Virus record (IMG/VR): IMGVR_UViG_3300020045_001018
Span: 1-26,444 of that record
DNA: 26,444 nucleotides
Origin: a virus
Taxonomy: Duplodnaviria; Caudoviricetes
Direction: 5' to 3' (one strand)
The notes under the pieces were generated by a model. It worked only from the letters and a program-made list of their open reading frames with translations. It made no database searches and was not told the DNA's origin. Below are positions 1-9,575 of this stretch, piece by piece. Each line of letters starts with the position of its first letter. Positions within the stretch are counted from its first letter, which is position 1. A program made the translations under genes and the position numbers.

Positions 1-2
1 AG

Positions 3-332
3 TGTATTGGGTCTGATTCAGCAGAGACTATCTTCGTCGGCACCAAAAGGGTGACAGGACAGGTAACGATTTACCTAGAGGATGGTTATGTTCGTGATCT
101 GTTTGAAAATGAAACACCAACCACTCTAGTTCTAGCGTTGGCTACAGGTTCCGAGAAAACAGCAGGAGTTATGACTTTTGTACTACCCACTTGTAAGTTC
201 TCAGATTATAGTAAAACAGATGCTGAGCTTGGAATTATGGCTACAGCATCCTTTACTGCACTTCTGAACTCGGTTACTACTGGTGGATTGCCAGCTACTA
301 CTATTCAAGTTGTGGACACAATGGTGGTTTAA
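3..332 (+). CDS. Major tail (tube) protein, C-terminal part (5'-truncated by window)
   Basis: Frame is open from nt 3 (CIGSDSAETIFVGTKRVTGQVTIY...), so the true start is upstream of the window. Beta-rich tail-tube-like C-terminus, positioned directly before the chaperone and tape measure genes. Confidence 0.8.
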   Translation, partial: CIGSDSAETIFVGTKRVTGQVTIYLEDGYVRDLFENETPTTLVLALATGSEKTAGVMTFVLPTCKFSDYSKTDAELGIMATASFTALLNSVTTGGLPATTIQVVDTMVV

Positions 333-347
333 TCCTTCTACCTAAAT

Positions 348-385
348 AAACCCCTAGTTATCTTACGGTAGCTAGGGGTTTTCTA
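348..385 (+). terminator. Intrinsic terminator after tail tube gene
   Basis: 15-bp stem AAACCCCTAGTTATC / GGTAGCTAGGGGTTT (with G-U pairs), loop TTAC, followed by a T-rich tail. Confidence 0.85.
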
Positions 386-408
386 CTTGTGCCACTACCA
401 CATTTCAC

Positions 409-437
409 TTGCATATTACACCCCTGAATGATATAAT
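409..437 (+). promoter_or_regulatory. Sigma70-like promoter with extended -10
   Basis: TTGCAT (409-414), 17-nt spacer, TATAAT (432-437) preceded by TG at 429-430. Confidence 0.7.
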
Positions 438-515
438 AGATTTTGCCGAAGTATACATCCAGTATACTTCAATACTAACCAAGGAATAAACCCCTGAAAA
501 ATAAAGGATATAACT

Positions 516-917
516 ATGCTTGACTTAGCAGTAAAGAACCTCGCCGAACAATCTGAAGCTGGATATGAGTTCGAACTGACATGGCCTCCTACTGGTGAAA
601 AGACCGGTGCATTCGTCAAAGTACGTGGTGCTCAATCTAAAGTTTCTCGTGCATTCGCTCGTAAGAAATACACGGAGTTTCGCCAGAAAGAACAGATGGC
701 TAAACGTAAAGGTCGAGAGGATGAAATGTCCTTGGATGAAGCTGAAGATATGGCGATTGAAACTGCCATTACTCGCATTATCTCATGGAAAGGTATTACT
801 GACGCTGGTGTAGAAGTTCCATTTACTAAAGAGAATGCAGAGCGTATCCTTCGTGAACACTCATGGATCAGGGAGGCAGTTGTTGAAGAATCGGATCAAC
901 TGCTGAACTTTCAGTGA
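516..917 (+). CDS. Tail assembly chaperone (gpG-like)
   Basis: 133-aa ORF with AAGGA RBS, between tail tube and tape measure genes. Helical chaperone-like sequence (IISWKGI...VPFTKENAERIL). Confidence 0.85.
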   Translation: MLDLAVKNLAEQSEAGYEFELTWPPTGEKTGAFVKVRGAQSKVSRAFARKKYTEFRQKEQMAKRKGREDEMSLDEAEDMAIETAITRIISWKGITDAGVEVPFTKENAERILREHSWIREAVVEESDQLLNFQ

Positions 918-1293
918 AGATGATATCCTGCTTCTCAAGGAATATGCTGAGCAGGAATTTAAACTATCAGCACATCAGAAAGACGGTTCTACTCTAAGAC
1001 AACAACTGGAAGCTGTCGAACGTATAACTAAAAAGAAGCCGAAAGAGTTACTTGATCTGGTGGAAATTCCACAAACCATGCGGGAATACTGGCAATGGTT
1101 TCTGGATCTTAATGCCACTAGACCGCAAGGGATGGGTGGTGTATCTAGCATTCAATACCTTGAGATGACTGCATATTTTAACCTGAATTCAATCGAAGTT
1201 GAACCACAGGAAGTGCAGATCATTAAGATGCTTGATTCGGTTGCTATTGCAGCTTCTAGAGAGCAAGAAGAAAAGAATAAAAAGAAAACGTGA
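516..1293 (+). CDS. Frameshifted tail assembly chaperone (gpGT-like); C-terminal part read from ~910 to 1293 in the +1 frame
   Basis: The +1 frame is open from 907 to the stop at 1293 (FSEDDILLLKEYAEQEFKL...YWQWFLDLNATRPQGMGG). It overlaps only the last codons of the upstream ORF, at AAC-TTT-CAG-TGA. Confidence 0.7.
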
Positions 1294-1335
1294 ACCTGTT
1301 TATAGGTGAACGGTAGAACAACGTAACAACTAACT

Positions 1336-1361
1336 TAAGCTCCTTCGGGGGCTTATTTTTT
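1336..1361 (+). terminator. Intrinsic terminator
   Basis: TAAGCTCC-TTCG-GGGGCTTA (UUCG tetraloop) followed by a T6 tract. Confidence 0.85.
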
Positions 1362-1396
1362 AATTAAATTCTGAGTAGTTTGATTAAGAAATATCA

Positions 1397-1490
1397 AATG
1401 TAGGCTAGGTTGAGAAGTAATTAGCTTAACTGAACGGTGTTCCCTCTAGCACCTGCCTTACATTCTTATAGAGATGTGTAAAGAGGAACA
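1397..1490 (+). promoter_or_regulatory. Putative structured 5' leader (three-way junction) of the endonuclease gene, able to sequester its RBS
   Basis: P1 1397-1405/1455-1464, P2 1408-1414/1425-1431, P3 1436-1441/1448-1453. The P3 loop CCCTCT is complementary to the SD AGAGG at 1482-1486. Confidence 0.55.
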
Positions 1491-1492
1491 AT

Positions 1493-2302
1493 ATGAATGA
1501 AGATAATAAAGACTACTATGTATATGTGCATCGTAGAAAAGATAACAATGTAGTTTTCTATGTAGGGCACGGTAGAGGCAGTCGCATAGACCGTGGCGGT
1601 CGAACAAAAACTAAAGATTGGGCGGTTATTGAACAAGAGGCTAATGGGCATACTGTGGAGAAGTTAAATGAGAACTTATCTAAAAGTGAAGCAGAAGATA
1701 TTGAGTATAACTTTCTGGTTAACCCTCCGTTAGATTGGGTATTGGTAAATAAGAGATTACCAGTTAAAGTCTATGAACTAGATTTCGAGTATCTGAATGC
1801 AAAGTTCGAGTATTCTGAAGATAGTAAAACTGGTCTGAAATGGAAAGGTGCAAAGATACCATTCTACAATGGCAAAGACGCTGGATGTGTTCAGAGAACT
1901 AATGGTAAAGAAAGCAAAGCTTATTGGTGCGTTCGAGATGGTAAAAGGTTATATTTGAACCATAGAATTATCTGGGTTCTATTTAACAAGATAGACATTC
2001 CTTCCGGCTTTGTAGTAGACCATATTGATGGTGATTCAAGTAATAACAAGATAAGTAATTTAAGAATCCTGACTCAACAGCAAAATTCTAGCAACAAAGG
2101 AAAACACAAGGGTAGGGCAGGAACTACAGGTGTAACTTACACTGTCAAACATGGTAACGCTTACTGGGTTGCTTATCTTATGAGTAAAGGTCTTAGCCAC
2201 CGTGTATCTTTTCCAGTTAGTTTATATGGAGAAGATAAAGCTAAAGAAATGGCAATTGCCAAAAGACTAGAGTATGAATTAGAGTTTCAGCCTCAAGTGT
2301 AA
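1493..2302 (+). CDS. Free-standing homing-type endonuclease: N-terminal GIY-YIG-like domain + HNH domain + AP2-like DNA-binding domain
   Basis: YYVYVHRRKDNNVVFYVGHG..R (GIY-YIG-like). HRIIW...VVDHIDGDSSNNKISNL (HNH). GVTY...YWVAY...SFPVSLYGEDKAKEMAIAKR (AP2-like). Confidence 0.85.
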   Translation: MNEDNKDYYVYVHRRKDNNVVFYVGHGRGSRIDRGGRTKTKDWAVIEQEANGHTVEKLNENLSKSEAEDIEYNFLVNPPLDWVLVNKRLPVKVYELDFEYLNAKFEYSEDSKTGLKWKGAKIPFYNGKDAGCVQRTNGKESKAYWCVRDGKRLYLNHRIIWVLFNKIDIPSGFVVDHIDGDSSNNKISNLRILTQQQNSSNKGKHKGRAGTTGVTYTVKHGNAYWVAYLMSKGLSHRVSFPVSLYGEDKAKEMAIAKRLEYELEFQPQV

Positions 2303-2321
2303 TATAAATAAAGGAAATAAT

Positions 2322-5300
2322 ATGAGTTTGGAACTATCGTCGATTGTTTTCAAAGCGACCACAGATGAGCTAGATGCTGCTGTCAAGAAGATTGAAGTAC
2401 TTGGTAAAAGTGTTGAAGGACTAGCTTCGTCCCTAGGAAAATTAGATAAGGCGTCTGCCGAGACTAATAAAACTCAAGCACAAGCTAATTTAATCAATGC
2501 TAAAGCTGAAAAAGAACTGGCTAAGGCTATTGACATCACTGATAAAAGTGTGGCTGCAACTGAGCGTTTAACCAAAGCTACTAAAGAAAAACAGTCAGTA
2601 GAAGAGAGACAAGCTGCAATCACCCGGATTATGTCTGATGGTTATTCAAGAGGGCAAGCATCTATTCTAGCCACTGCTGAAGCTATGGGTGAAGCGACAG
2701 AGCGCACTGCTGAACTGCTGAAGACTCAACGAGCAATGCAAGGAGTGTCGCCTTTCGATAAATCCCTAGGTGCTGCAACGGTCTTTGCCAATGAATTACG
2801 TGTAGCCACAGTCGCCAGCGACCTCTACAATAAAGACTTGGGATTTACCAAGAATCAACTCCAAGAGTTAGGGCGTGAACACGTCCGTTTGACTGAACAA
2901 TTCAAAGTCCAAGGTAAATCCTTGTCTGGACTTGATGCCGAATTCAATAAGATCGTCCAATCTGCCCAACAAGTAACTCAAGCTGAAAATACAATGGCTG
3001 CATCCATGAAGAACGCCGATAAAGCCACAATGGACGCTGGTAAAGCCAACGCTTATATCGAGAATGAACTCCAGAAAGTGCGCTTCGCTTTACAAGCTAA
3101 TAACGAAGAGTTAAACCGTAGTACATCTAACTCTTTAGTGCGCTTTGAGAACGCCCTGAAGAAATCAGGATTAACCCTAGATCAACAGCGAGAGAAAATT
3201 GATGAATATCGCCGGTCACAGATTGAGCTACAGAAAACTCAGAAAGCTAACCAAACAGATTATATTACACGCGCAGTAGGCCCACAGATTACGGACATTA
3301 TCGTAGGATTATCCACGGGTCAATCACCCCTGACAGTGATGATGCAACAGGGTGGTCAGTTGCGAGATCAGTTCGGTATGATGGGCATTGCTGCTAAGGA
3401 TATGGGCGATGTTATGCGCAATGCCATGAAAGGTATGGCTAGTTCTGTATTCGATACCGGCAAGGCTATTACTACTATGTTAGCTGGTGGTATGTTTGAT
3501 GCAGGTAAGGCTGTAGTTAATTATGCTAGTAGTTTTCTATTTGTGGATAAAGCTATTGAAAAAGCTCGCCAAGGTATTATTGGTATGTCTTCTGATTCCG
3601 CCACAGCGGCTGATAATTTAGCTAAATTTGACAGAATAGCTGGTGGGCTTGGAGGAGTACTTGGCAAAGTATTTGCAGGGGGTATCATTACAATCGTTGC
3701 AGCACTAGCTGCTGTGGGCGTGGCTGCTGTACAAAATGTTAATCTTATGAACGAACTGAGCCAAACTCTGGTTTCAGTTGGCGCAAGCTATGGTTTAACC
3801 AGTGGTCAAGTTTTGGAATATTCTAATGCTATTTCAACTGCTGGCATTAGTACTCAAGGAAGTATTGCAGCAATGACTTTAATGATCAAGGCTGGAGCAG
3901 GTACAGCAGAGTCTTTAAAAGAAATAACCTTAGCGGCTATGGAGCTTGAAAAGGCTGGTGGTCCTTCTGTAGAGAAGATTTCTAAGATGTACTCTGATCT
4001 AGAAAAAGACCCTATTAAAGCACTATCTGAACTCAGATTGAATACTGGTTTAGTCACTGATGAAAATATCAAGAATATTGAATCACTTATTGAGCAAGGC
4101 GATGAGATCAGATCAGTGGAAGAAGCTACTAGAATACTAACTGAAGCTAATCGGACAATGGCATCGCAGTTAATTGCAGACATGAATCCTTTACAAGTTC
4201 TATGGATGGACATGAAGGGTGCTTTATCTGATTTATGGAACGGTGTCAATGATCTAGCTACATCTTCTGGAGTTGTAGTTGCTTTTCGCGTAGTGTGGGA
4301 GAGCGTAGCTTTAGTTATCAAGCAAGTAGCGGGTTCTATTAAAGGTCTAGCTACTGGTATTGTTGCAATTATGTCTGGTGACTTTAAAACAGCAGCCACT
4401 ATTTTCAGTGAAACATGGAGTAATCTCGGAACTAATTATGCAACAGCTATTGCAAATACGTCTAAGACAATGGAAGGTAATAATGCACTCCAATCAGAAG
4501 CTGTTAAAAATGCTCAAAAACAAGTAGAAGCTGAAAAAGAGCGTTTAGCTTTAACCAAAACAATGAAGGATGTTAAGGATAAAGATGATAAGTTGAATGC
4601 TAAAACTTTAACTCAAGCTCAATTCATCAATAAGATGGTTGAAGATAAGAATAAGTTATTAGTTAAAGGCACTCAATTAGAGGGTGAGAACTTGGCTATG
4701 GTACAGCGGGTAGCAAAAGCTGAATGGGAAGCTCTGCAACCAAAGGCTAAAAAAGCTAAATTATCTGATGAACAGAAAGCTGAAAATAAAGCCCTAGAAT
4801 CCTACGTTGATACCATGAATAAAGCCTATGGTATTAACAAGGACTACAATAATCAGTTAGCTGGATTTCAGTTACTTCGTAAGAACGGAAAGATTACAGA
4901 AGAAGAGTATGTTAAAGTTGTAGAGGACTTGATTAAACAACAGAAGTTTTACACTGACGGTTTAGCTGAAGAAGAAAAACAACTCAAACTAGTACAAAAA
5001 GCATGGGCTGATACTAATAAAGCTCAAGCCAAAAAAGACGATGAATACTTCAAATCCTACGACGCACTCAAGGCTCAATCTGCTGAATTAAAGATTGGAA
5101 CTTCTGAGATTGAATTTCAGTTAGGACTTGTTGGTAAGACAGAGGAACAACAGAAAAAACTAACTCGTGAACATAAGGTTCAAAACGATCTACAAAAGGT
5201 TCAAAACGAGCTAGCTGCTGAACTTAATAAAATTATTGCACAAGGACAAGACCCAGAATTACAAGCATCACTTGAAATTATTGCTCGTGAAAATGCGGCT

Positions 5301-8300
5301 GAGAAAATCAAAGTAATCAATGCTGGTGTAGCCCTGCAAGCAGCGCAGGATATGCAGAAGGAATTCGATGCAATCAAATCCTCAATAACTGATAGTATTG
5401 TAACTGCTTTATTTGACGGCGGTAAAGCTGGAAGTAAGAAACTCAGAGATCAAGTTGTATCTGCATTCCGTAATAAAATCACAGTTGTAATCGACGCTGT
5501 AGTTAATACTGCATTATCTGGTGTACTTGGCAGCGCAGCCGCTGGTTCAGCATCAAGTGGGATCGTAGGCTCTATTGGTAGTTCTGCATTAGGTCAAATG
5601 TTTGGAATGGGTGCCGGTGGATTATTAGCTAGTCCGTTGGCATATGGTGCTGCAATTGGGACTACAAGTGTAGCTGCTGGTTCTCAAGCGGCGATGTTAG
5701 CTAGTCAAACAGGCGTATTCGGTGCCCAAGGACTAGCCGCTACCAGTGCTGCTGCTGGTGGTACGGCAGGGTCTATATCCGCTGCTATGTCTGCTATACC
5801 CGGATGGGGTTGGGCTTTAATGGCAGGTGTAGCTGTAGCAGCTATGCTAGAAGGCGGTGAAACCCGTGCTGGTGGCGCTTATAAATTAGGTGCTGGAGGT
5901 AATGCTGAATTTATTCAAGGACCTTCTGGTGGTCAGATTATGGCTAAAGAATCCGCAAAGATGCTTGAGGTAACTACCCAAGCGATCAATGATACGTTCA
6001 AGGCTATTGGGAGTTCAACAAGCGTATCTTCATTCTTGGCGGGATTGGAATCATCAGATAACGGTAAAGGATTTGCTTATGCCACAGGGACATTAAGTAC
6101 AGGTGCCACCTTTGGGGATGTTAATACATTCAACGCAAACCGTGGGAATAAAACACCAGAAGAAGCATTCAAGGAATACAACAAACAACTTAACCAAAGC
6201 TTCATTGAAGCCTTGCAAGTTGCCCCTGATGTACCTTTAGCCTTAACTAAAATTATTACTGATTCACTAAATGGTCAAGAAGTAAGTTCACTCACAGATG
6301 AAGCTACTAATACTTTATTGACAGCTATCAAGACTACTCTCACTTCAGTTACTTTATTCAAGGAAGGGATTCTTTCATTACCTTTTGAATCACTGAAAAA
6401 ACTATCTTTTGATGCTGCTGCTGGTTTAATCTCTGCTGCGGGAGGGTTAGATAATTTAAATACTAAACTTCTAGGGTTCTACGAGAACTTCTACAGTGAT
6501 GCAGATAAGGTTACGAATCTAACTTCAGTAACCACCAAAGCCTTCAGTGATCTCGGTATTGTAATGCCTGATGTTAACGCAGGGTTAAAGGAATGGTATA
6601 AACAACAAGTCCTATCAGCAATGGCACTTGACCAGAGTGTACCCGCTAATGCTAAAGCAACTGCTGGTTTACTTACTCTTCAAGATAATGTACTTGGCTT
6701 ATCTACTTCAGTTAATACAGCAGCAGATGCGATCAAAGAAGCGACTGACAAGTTAAATGAAAGTGCAAGAAGTGCAGATGCTGTAGCGGTTCAGTTGGGA
6801 TTGACTACCAGTATTGACTTAGCAAGAAATGCTGCTAATGAAGCGTGGGCTGTATTTAAGAGTACGTTACCACAAGCTGCTGGTTATTCCGAAGCTGAGA
6901 TTGTTAATTTTGCCCGCGACCCTGCTAAAATGAAGAACCTGAGTTCTGCTGATCAGAATGTAATCAATACATTTGTTAGTGCTATCGGGGACTGGTCAAA
7001 AGCACAAGGCAGTGTCGAATCTACCGCATCAGGTGTTGTTACTACAATTGATAAAGTAAGTACAGCTTATGAAAATGCAATTAAGTCAATAACTGATCAA
7101 ACCACTGGTTTTATTGTTGAATTATCAGAAATTGGTCTGGACTCATTCACTATTGCTTTGAATAAAATTAAGCGAGAAGGGTCCAAAAAGCTAGTAGAAT
7201 TAGATGCACTCAATCCTAGTTCTAGTACCAAAGTGTCATCAACGGGCATATTAAATATGTCGGACTATTATGCTGGGCAGCAAAGAGCTACATCTGAGTG
7301 GAAAGTTACAGGTAACGATGTAAAATATGCTGCGGATATGGATAAACTGTCATTTGCGTTTAGCACTGCTATAACTACAGTGTCTACTTCAATTAACAGC
7401 AACATTGCTATTGTTGACGCTTGGACTGATGCTCAAATTAAATTACTATATGCTCAGAAGGCACAAGGCGAGAAAGTTGATCTTGAAAAGCAGTATGCTG
7501 ATTTAACTAAGACTAGTGTATCTTTACTAAAAGAGCAACGTGATGCACTGGAGGAATCTAATTGGGCGCTGTTTGACCAGATACAGGCTTATAAGACTCA
7601 AGAGTTAGCAACTCAAGCTACTAAAGATTATCAGCTAGCAATGTGGGAAGCTACTGGAGATACAGCTAGTGCTGCTTTACGTCAACGTGAATTGGCTACT
7701 GCTACTAAACTAGCGGCTGGCTGGACTTTATCTCAGATCGATAATCTCTATGGGGCACAAGAGGCAGCAGAAAGGGCGCAACGTCAAGCCTCTAATTCAA
7801 GTTCTCTGTTGAGCATCCTAGCACAGACATACGAGATTACTGGAGATTTAGCTCTAGCTGAATCGACTTTAATGTGGCAGCGGACTAAGGAAATTATTGA
7901 GCTAAGAAAAGCTGATCCTTCTGGTGAATTAAGCAATGCTACTTATAATCTGTGGAAGCTACAAGATGCTGCTAAGGTCAATGCCAAGGCTACAGAGGAA
8001 GCAGCCTTGGCTGCAGAGGCTGCTGCAGAGGCTGCTAGGGAACTAAAGAGTGCATATGATGCATTAGAGAGTGCTAGAGTATCAGTGGCAAATGCCTTTA
8101 ATGCCATCAAGAGTACAGCGGAAGAAGCAGCGAAGGCTGTTGACTCAGCTAAAGAGAGTATTACTTCTGGTTATATTAGTGCTCTTGATCAGCAAACGCA
8201 AGCACAGCAAACAATCAATGATTTAATTCGAGATGCTGCTGTTGAAATGAAAGGATTCTCTGATAATATCAAGGAGTTCCTACTGCAAATGTCAACTACG

Positions 8301-9464
8301 GACTTGGGTGCTGATTCTAAGCTGTCGCAACTAAGTGCGTTATTGGCGGATTTTAATACAACCGCTGGTTTAGCTAAAGGCGGAGATAAAGCAGCATACG
8401 GAAGTATAACAGGGAAAGCTAGTGACCTCTTAAGTGCAGGTAAAGAACAGTTCTCTACTTTAGCTGAATTTGCGCGTTTCAGTTCAAACATAGGTAATAC
8501 CTTAGCAGAACTGCAAACACTGGCAGACGGTAAAGCTGGACCTTTAGCAGAAGCCATAGACCCTATGGTTAAGGCTCAAGCTGATTTGTTAAAAGCCAAC
8601 GAGGATGTCGCTAAATGGAGTAAAGCTATTAGTGAATCTGGGGCTAGTACAGCAATGACAGTTAAGGATTATGCGCTTGAATGGAGAACAGCAGAGGCTG
8701 CTAACAGAAAAGCACAAGCTGAACTTAAAGAGGCACAATTGCTCACTAGAGACATTGATATGAAATTGCTGGATGTTTTGGGACAGTTAAAGGAGCTTAT
8801 TGCTAGCTATAACTCAGCTAAACAAGCAGTAGTGGCGGCGGGAGGTGTTGTACCAACAAGTACAGTCACTAGTACTCCTGCACCTACAGCTACTTCTAGT
8901 GGTTCTACATCAGCAGGTTCTAGTGGTTCTACGGTACTTGGACTTTCATCCAAGGACTACATATCTATGGTAGCCTCTAGTGATATTACAAAAGATCCTA
9001 GCTTTGTAAAACTCGTAGAAAATGCAATGCCAACCGCTATAAAAACTCAAGAGTACGGACAATGGTTGTCTGGGTTTAAAAGCTTATCTGGTACGTATTA
9101 TAATACAGCATCTAACGTAGATGCCCTTAAGCAAGAGAAATGGGCAAGTCTTGGGTTATCTGGTGTACCTAGCTTTGCTGTTGGAACTAACTCAGTGCCT
9201 GAGGATATGTTTGCTAATATTCATAAAGGCGAGCGTATCATACCAGAGGCAGATAACACTGAGTTAATGCAAAGGCTGTCTTCTCCAATGACTCAAGATA
9301 ATTCAGAGTTAGTTCTGGAGATTCAACGGTTAAATAATCGCTTGGCTACAATTGAAAGTAATACAGCGTCAACCGCAGGTCATGCTGCTAAGACTGCTAG
9401 GTTACTTGACAGAGCTATGCCAGATGGTGATGCGTTTGCTACAAGGACTGCTCCAGCGGTTTAA
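2322..9464 (+). CDS. Tail tape measure protein
   Basis: 2380 aa, Ala/Gln-rich and helical. Lambda-type TMP motif QITDIIVGLSTGQSPLTVMMQQGGQLRD, hydrophobic Gly/Ala segments, and C-terminal PSFAVGTNSVPEDM..IHKGERIIP motif. Confidence 0.95.
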   Translation: MSLELSSIVFKATTDELDAAVKKIEVLGKSVEGLASSLGKLDKASAETNKTQAQANLINAKAEKELAKAIDITDKSVAATERLTKATKEKQSVEERQAAITRIMSDGYSRGQASILATAEAMGEATERTAELLKTQRAMQGVSPFDKSLGAATVFANELRVATVASDLYNKDLGFTKNQLQELGREHVRLTEQFKVQGKSLSGLDAEFNKIVQSAQQVTQAENTMAASMKNADKATMDAGKANAYIENELQKVRFALQANNEELNRSTSNSLVRFENALKKSGLTLDQQREKIDEYRRSQIELQKTQKANQTDYITRAVGPQITDIIVGLSTGQSPLTVMMQQGGQLRDQFGMMGIAAKDMGDVMRNAMKGMASSVFDTGKAITTMLAGGMFDAGKAVVNYASSFLFVDKAIEKARQGIIGMSSDSATAADNLAKFDRIAGGLGGVLGKVFAGGIITIVAALAAVGVAAVQNVNLMNELSQTLVSVGASYGLTSGQVLEYSNAISTAGISTQGSIAAMTLMIKAGAGTAESLKEITLAAMELEKAGGPSVEKISKMYSDLEKDPIKALSELRLNTGLVTDENIKNIESLIEQGDEIRSVEEATRILTEANRTMASQLIADMNPLQVLWMDMKGALSDLWNGVNDLATSSGVVVAFRVVWESVALVIKQVAGSIKGLATGIVAIMSGDFKTAATIFSETWSNLGTNYATAIANTSKTMEGNNALQSEAVKNAQKQVEAEKERLALTKTMKDVKDKDDKLNAKTLTQAQFINKMVEDKNKLLVKGTQLEGENLAMVQRVAKAEWEALQPKAKKAKLSDEQKAENKALESYVDTMNKAYGINKDYNNQLAGFQLLRKNGKITEEEYVKVVEDLIKQQKFYTDGLAEEEKQLKLVQKAWADTNKAQAKKDDEYFKSYDALKAQSAELKIGTSEIEFQLGLVGKTEEQQKKLTREHKVQNDLQKVQNELAAELNKIIAQGQDPELQASLEIIARENAAEKIKVINAGVALQAAQDMQKEFDAIKSSITDSIVTALFDGGKAGSKKLRDQVVSAFRNKITVVIDAVVNTALSGVLGSAAAGSASSGIVGSIGSSALGQMFGMGAGGLLASPLAYGAAIGTTSVAAGSQAAMLASQTGVFGAQGLAATSAAAGGTAGSISAAMSAIPGWGWALMAGVAVAAMLEGGETRAGGAYKLGAGGNAEFIQGPSGGQIMAKESAKMLEVTTQAINDTFKAIGSSTSVSSFLAGLESSDNGKGFAYATGTLSTGATFGDVNTFNANRGNKTPEEAFKEYNKQLNQSFIEALQVAPDVPLALTKIITDSLNGQEVSSLTDEATNTLLTAIKTTLTSVTLFKEGILSLPFESLKKLSFDAAAGLISAAGGLDNLNTKLLGFYENFYSDADKVTNLTSVTTKAFSDLGIVMPDVNAGLKEWYKQQVLSAMALDQSVPANAKATAGLLTLQDNVLGLSTSVNTAADAIKEATDKLNESARSADAVAVQLGLTTSIDLARNAANEAWAVFKSTLPQAAGYSEAEIVNFARDPAKMKNLSSADQNVINTFVSAIGDWSKAQGSVESTASGVVTTIDKVSTAYENAIKSITDQTTGFIVELSEIGLDSFTIALNKIKREGSKKLVELDALNPSSSTKVSSTGILNMSDYYAGQQRATSEWKVTGNDVKYAADMDKLSFAFSTAITTVSTSINSNIAIVDAWTDAQIKLLYAQKAQGEKVDLEKQYADLTKTSVSLLKEQRDALEESNWALFDQIQAYKTQELATQATKDYQLAMWEATGDTASAALRQRELATATKLAAGWTLSQIDNLYGAQEAAERAQRQASNSSSLLSILAQTYEITGDLALAESTLMWQRTKEIIELRKADPSGELSNATYNLWKLQDAAKVNAKATEEAALAAEAAAEAARELKSAYDALESARVSVANAFNAIKSTAEEAAKAVDSAKESITSGYISALDQQTQAQQTINDLIRDAAVEMKGFSDNIKEFLLQMSTTDLGADSKLSQLSALLADFNTTAGLAKGGDKAAYGSITGKASDLLSAGKEQFSTLAEFARFSSNIGNTLAELQTLADGKAGPLAEAIDPMVKAQADLLKANEDVAKWSKAISESGASTAMTVKDYALEWRTAEAANRKAQAELKEAQLLTRDIDMKLLDVLGQLKELIASYNSAKQAVVAAGGVVPTSTVTSTPAPTATSSGSTSAGSSGSTVLGLSSKDYISMVASSDITKDPSFVKLVENAMPTAIKTQEYGQWLSGFKSLSGTYYNTASNVDALKQEKWASLGLSGVPSFAVGTNSVPEDMFANIHKGERIIPEADNTELMQRLSSPMTQDNSELVLEIQRLNNRLATIESNTASTAGHAAKTARLLDRAMPDGDAFATRTAPAV

Positions 9465-9470
9465 AGATAC

Positions 9471-9500
9471 ATCAAGAGACTCTTAACTGGGTCTCTTGAT
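9471..9500. terminator. Hairpin after TMP (possible terminator or processing site)
   Basis: 12-bp stem ATCAAGAGACTC / GGGTCTCTTGAT, loop TTAACT. The U-tract is weak. Confidence 0.55.
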
Positions 9501-9543
9501 TATCTAACAATTGCTATCTTCACTATCTTTACTAGATAATGAG

Positions 9544-9552
9544 TGATATAAT
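9544..9552 (+). promoter_or_regulatory. Extended -10 promoter element
   Basis: TGATATAAT, identical to 429-437, located 23 nt upstream of the ATG at 9576. No convincing -35. Confidence 0.45.
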
Positions 9553-9575
9553 AACAACATAATAAGGGTCGTCAT

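Noticed and set aside
1060-1293. Stand-alone 77-aa ORF starting at GTG 1060
   Set aside because: The frame is open from 907 and there is no clear RBS at 1060. It is better explained as the frameshifted chaperone extension.
1397-1464. Hammerhead ribozyme in the endonuclease leader
   Set aside because: A three-way junction is present, but the CUGANGA/GAAA core is not (CUGAACG only).
3854-4399. Antisense ORFs within TMP and other genes (also 8189-8557, 9677-9955, 10492-10761, 16587-16919, 21741-22034)
   Set aside because: They lie wholly opposite well-supported genes and have no recognisable motifs or RBS, consistent with codon-bias shadows.
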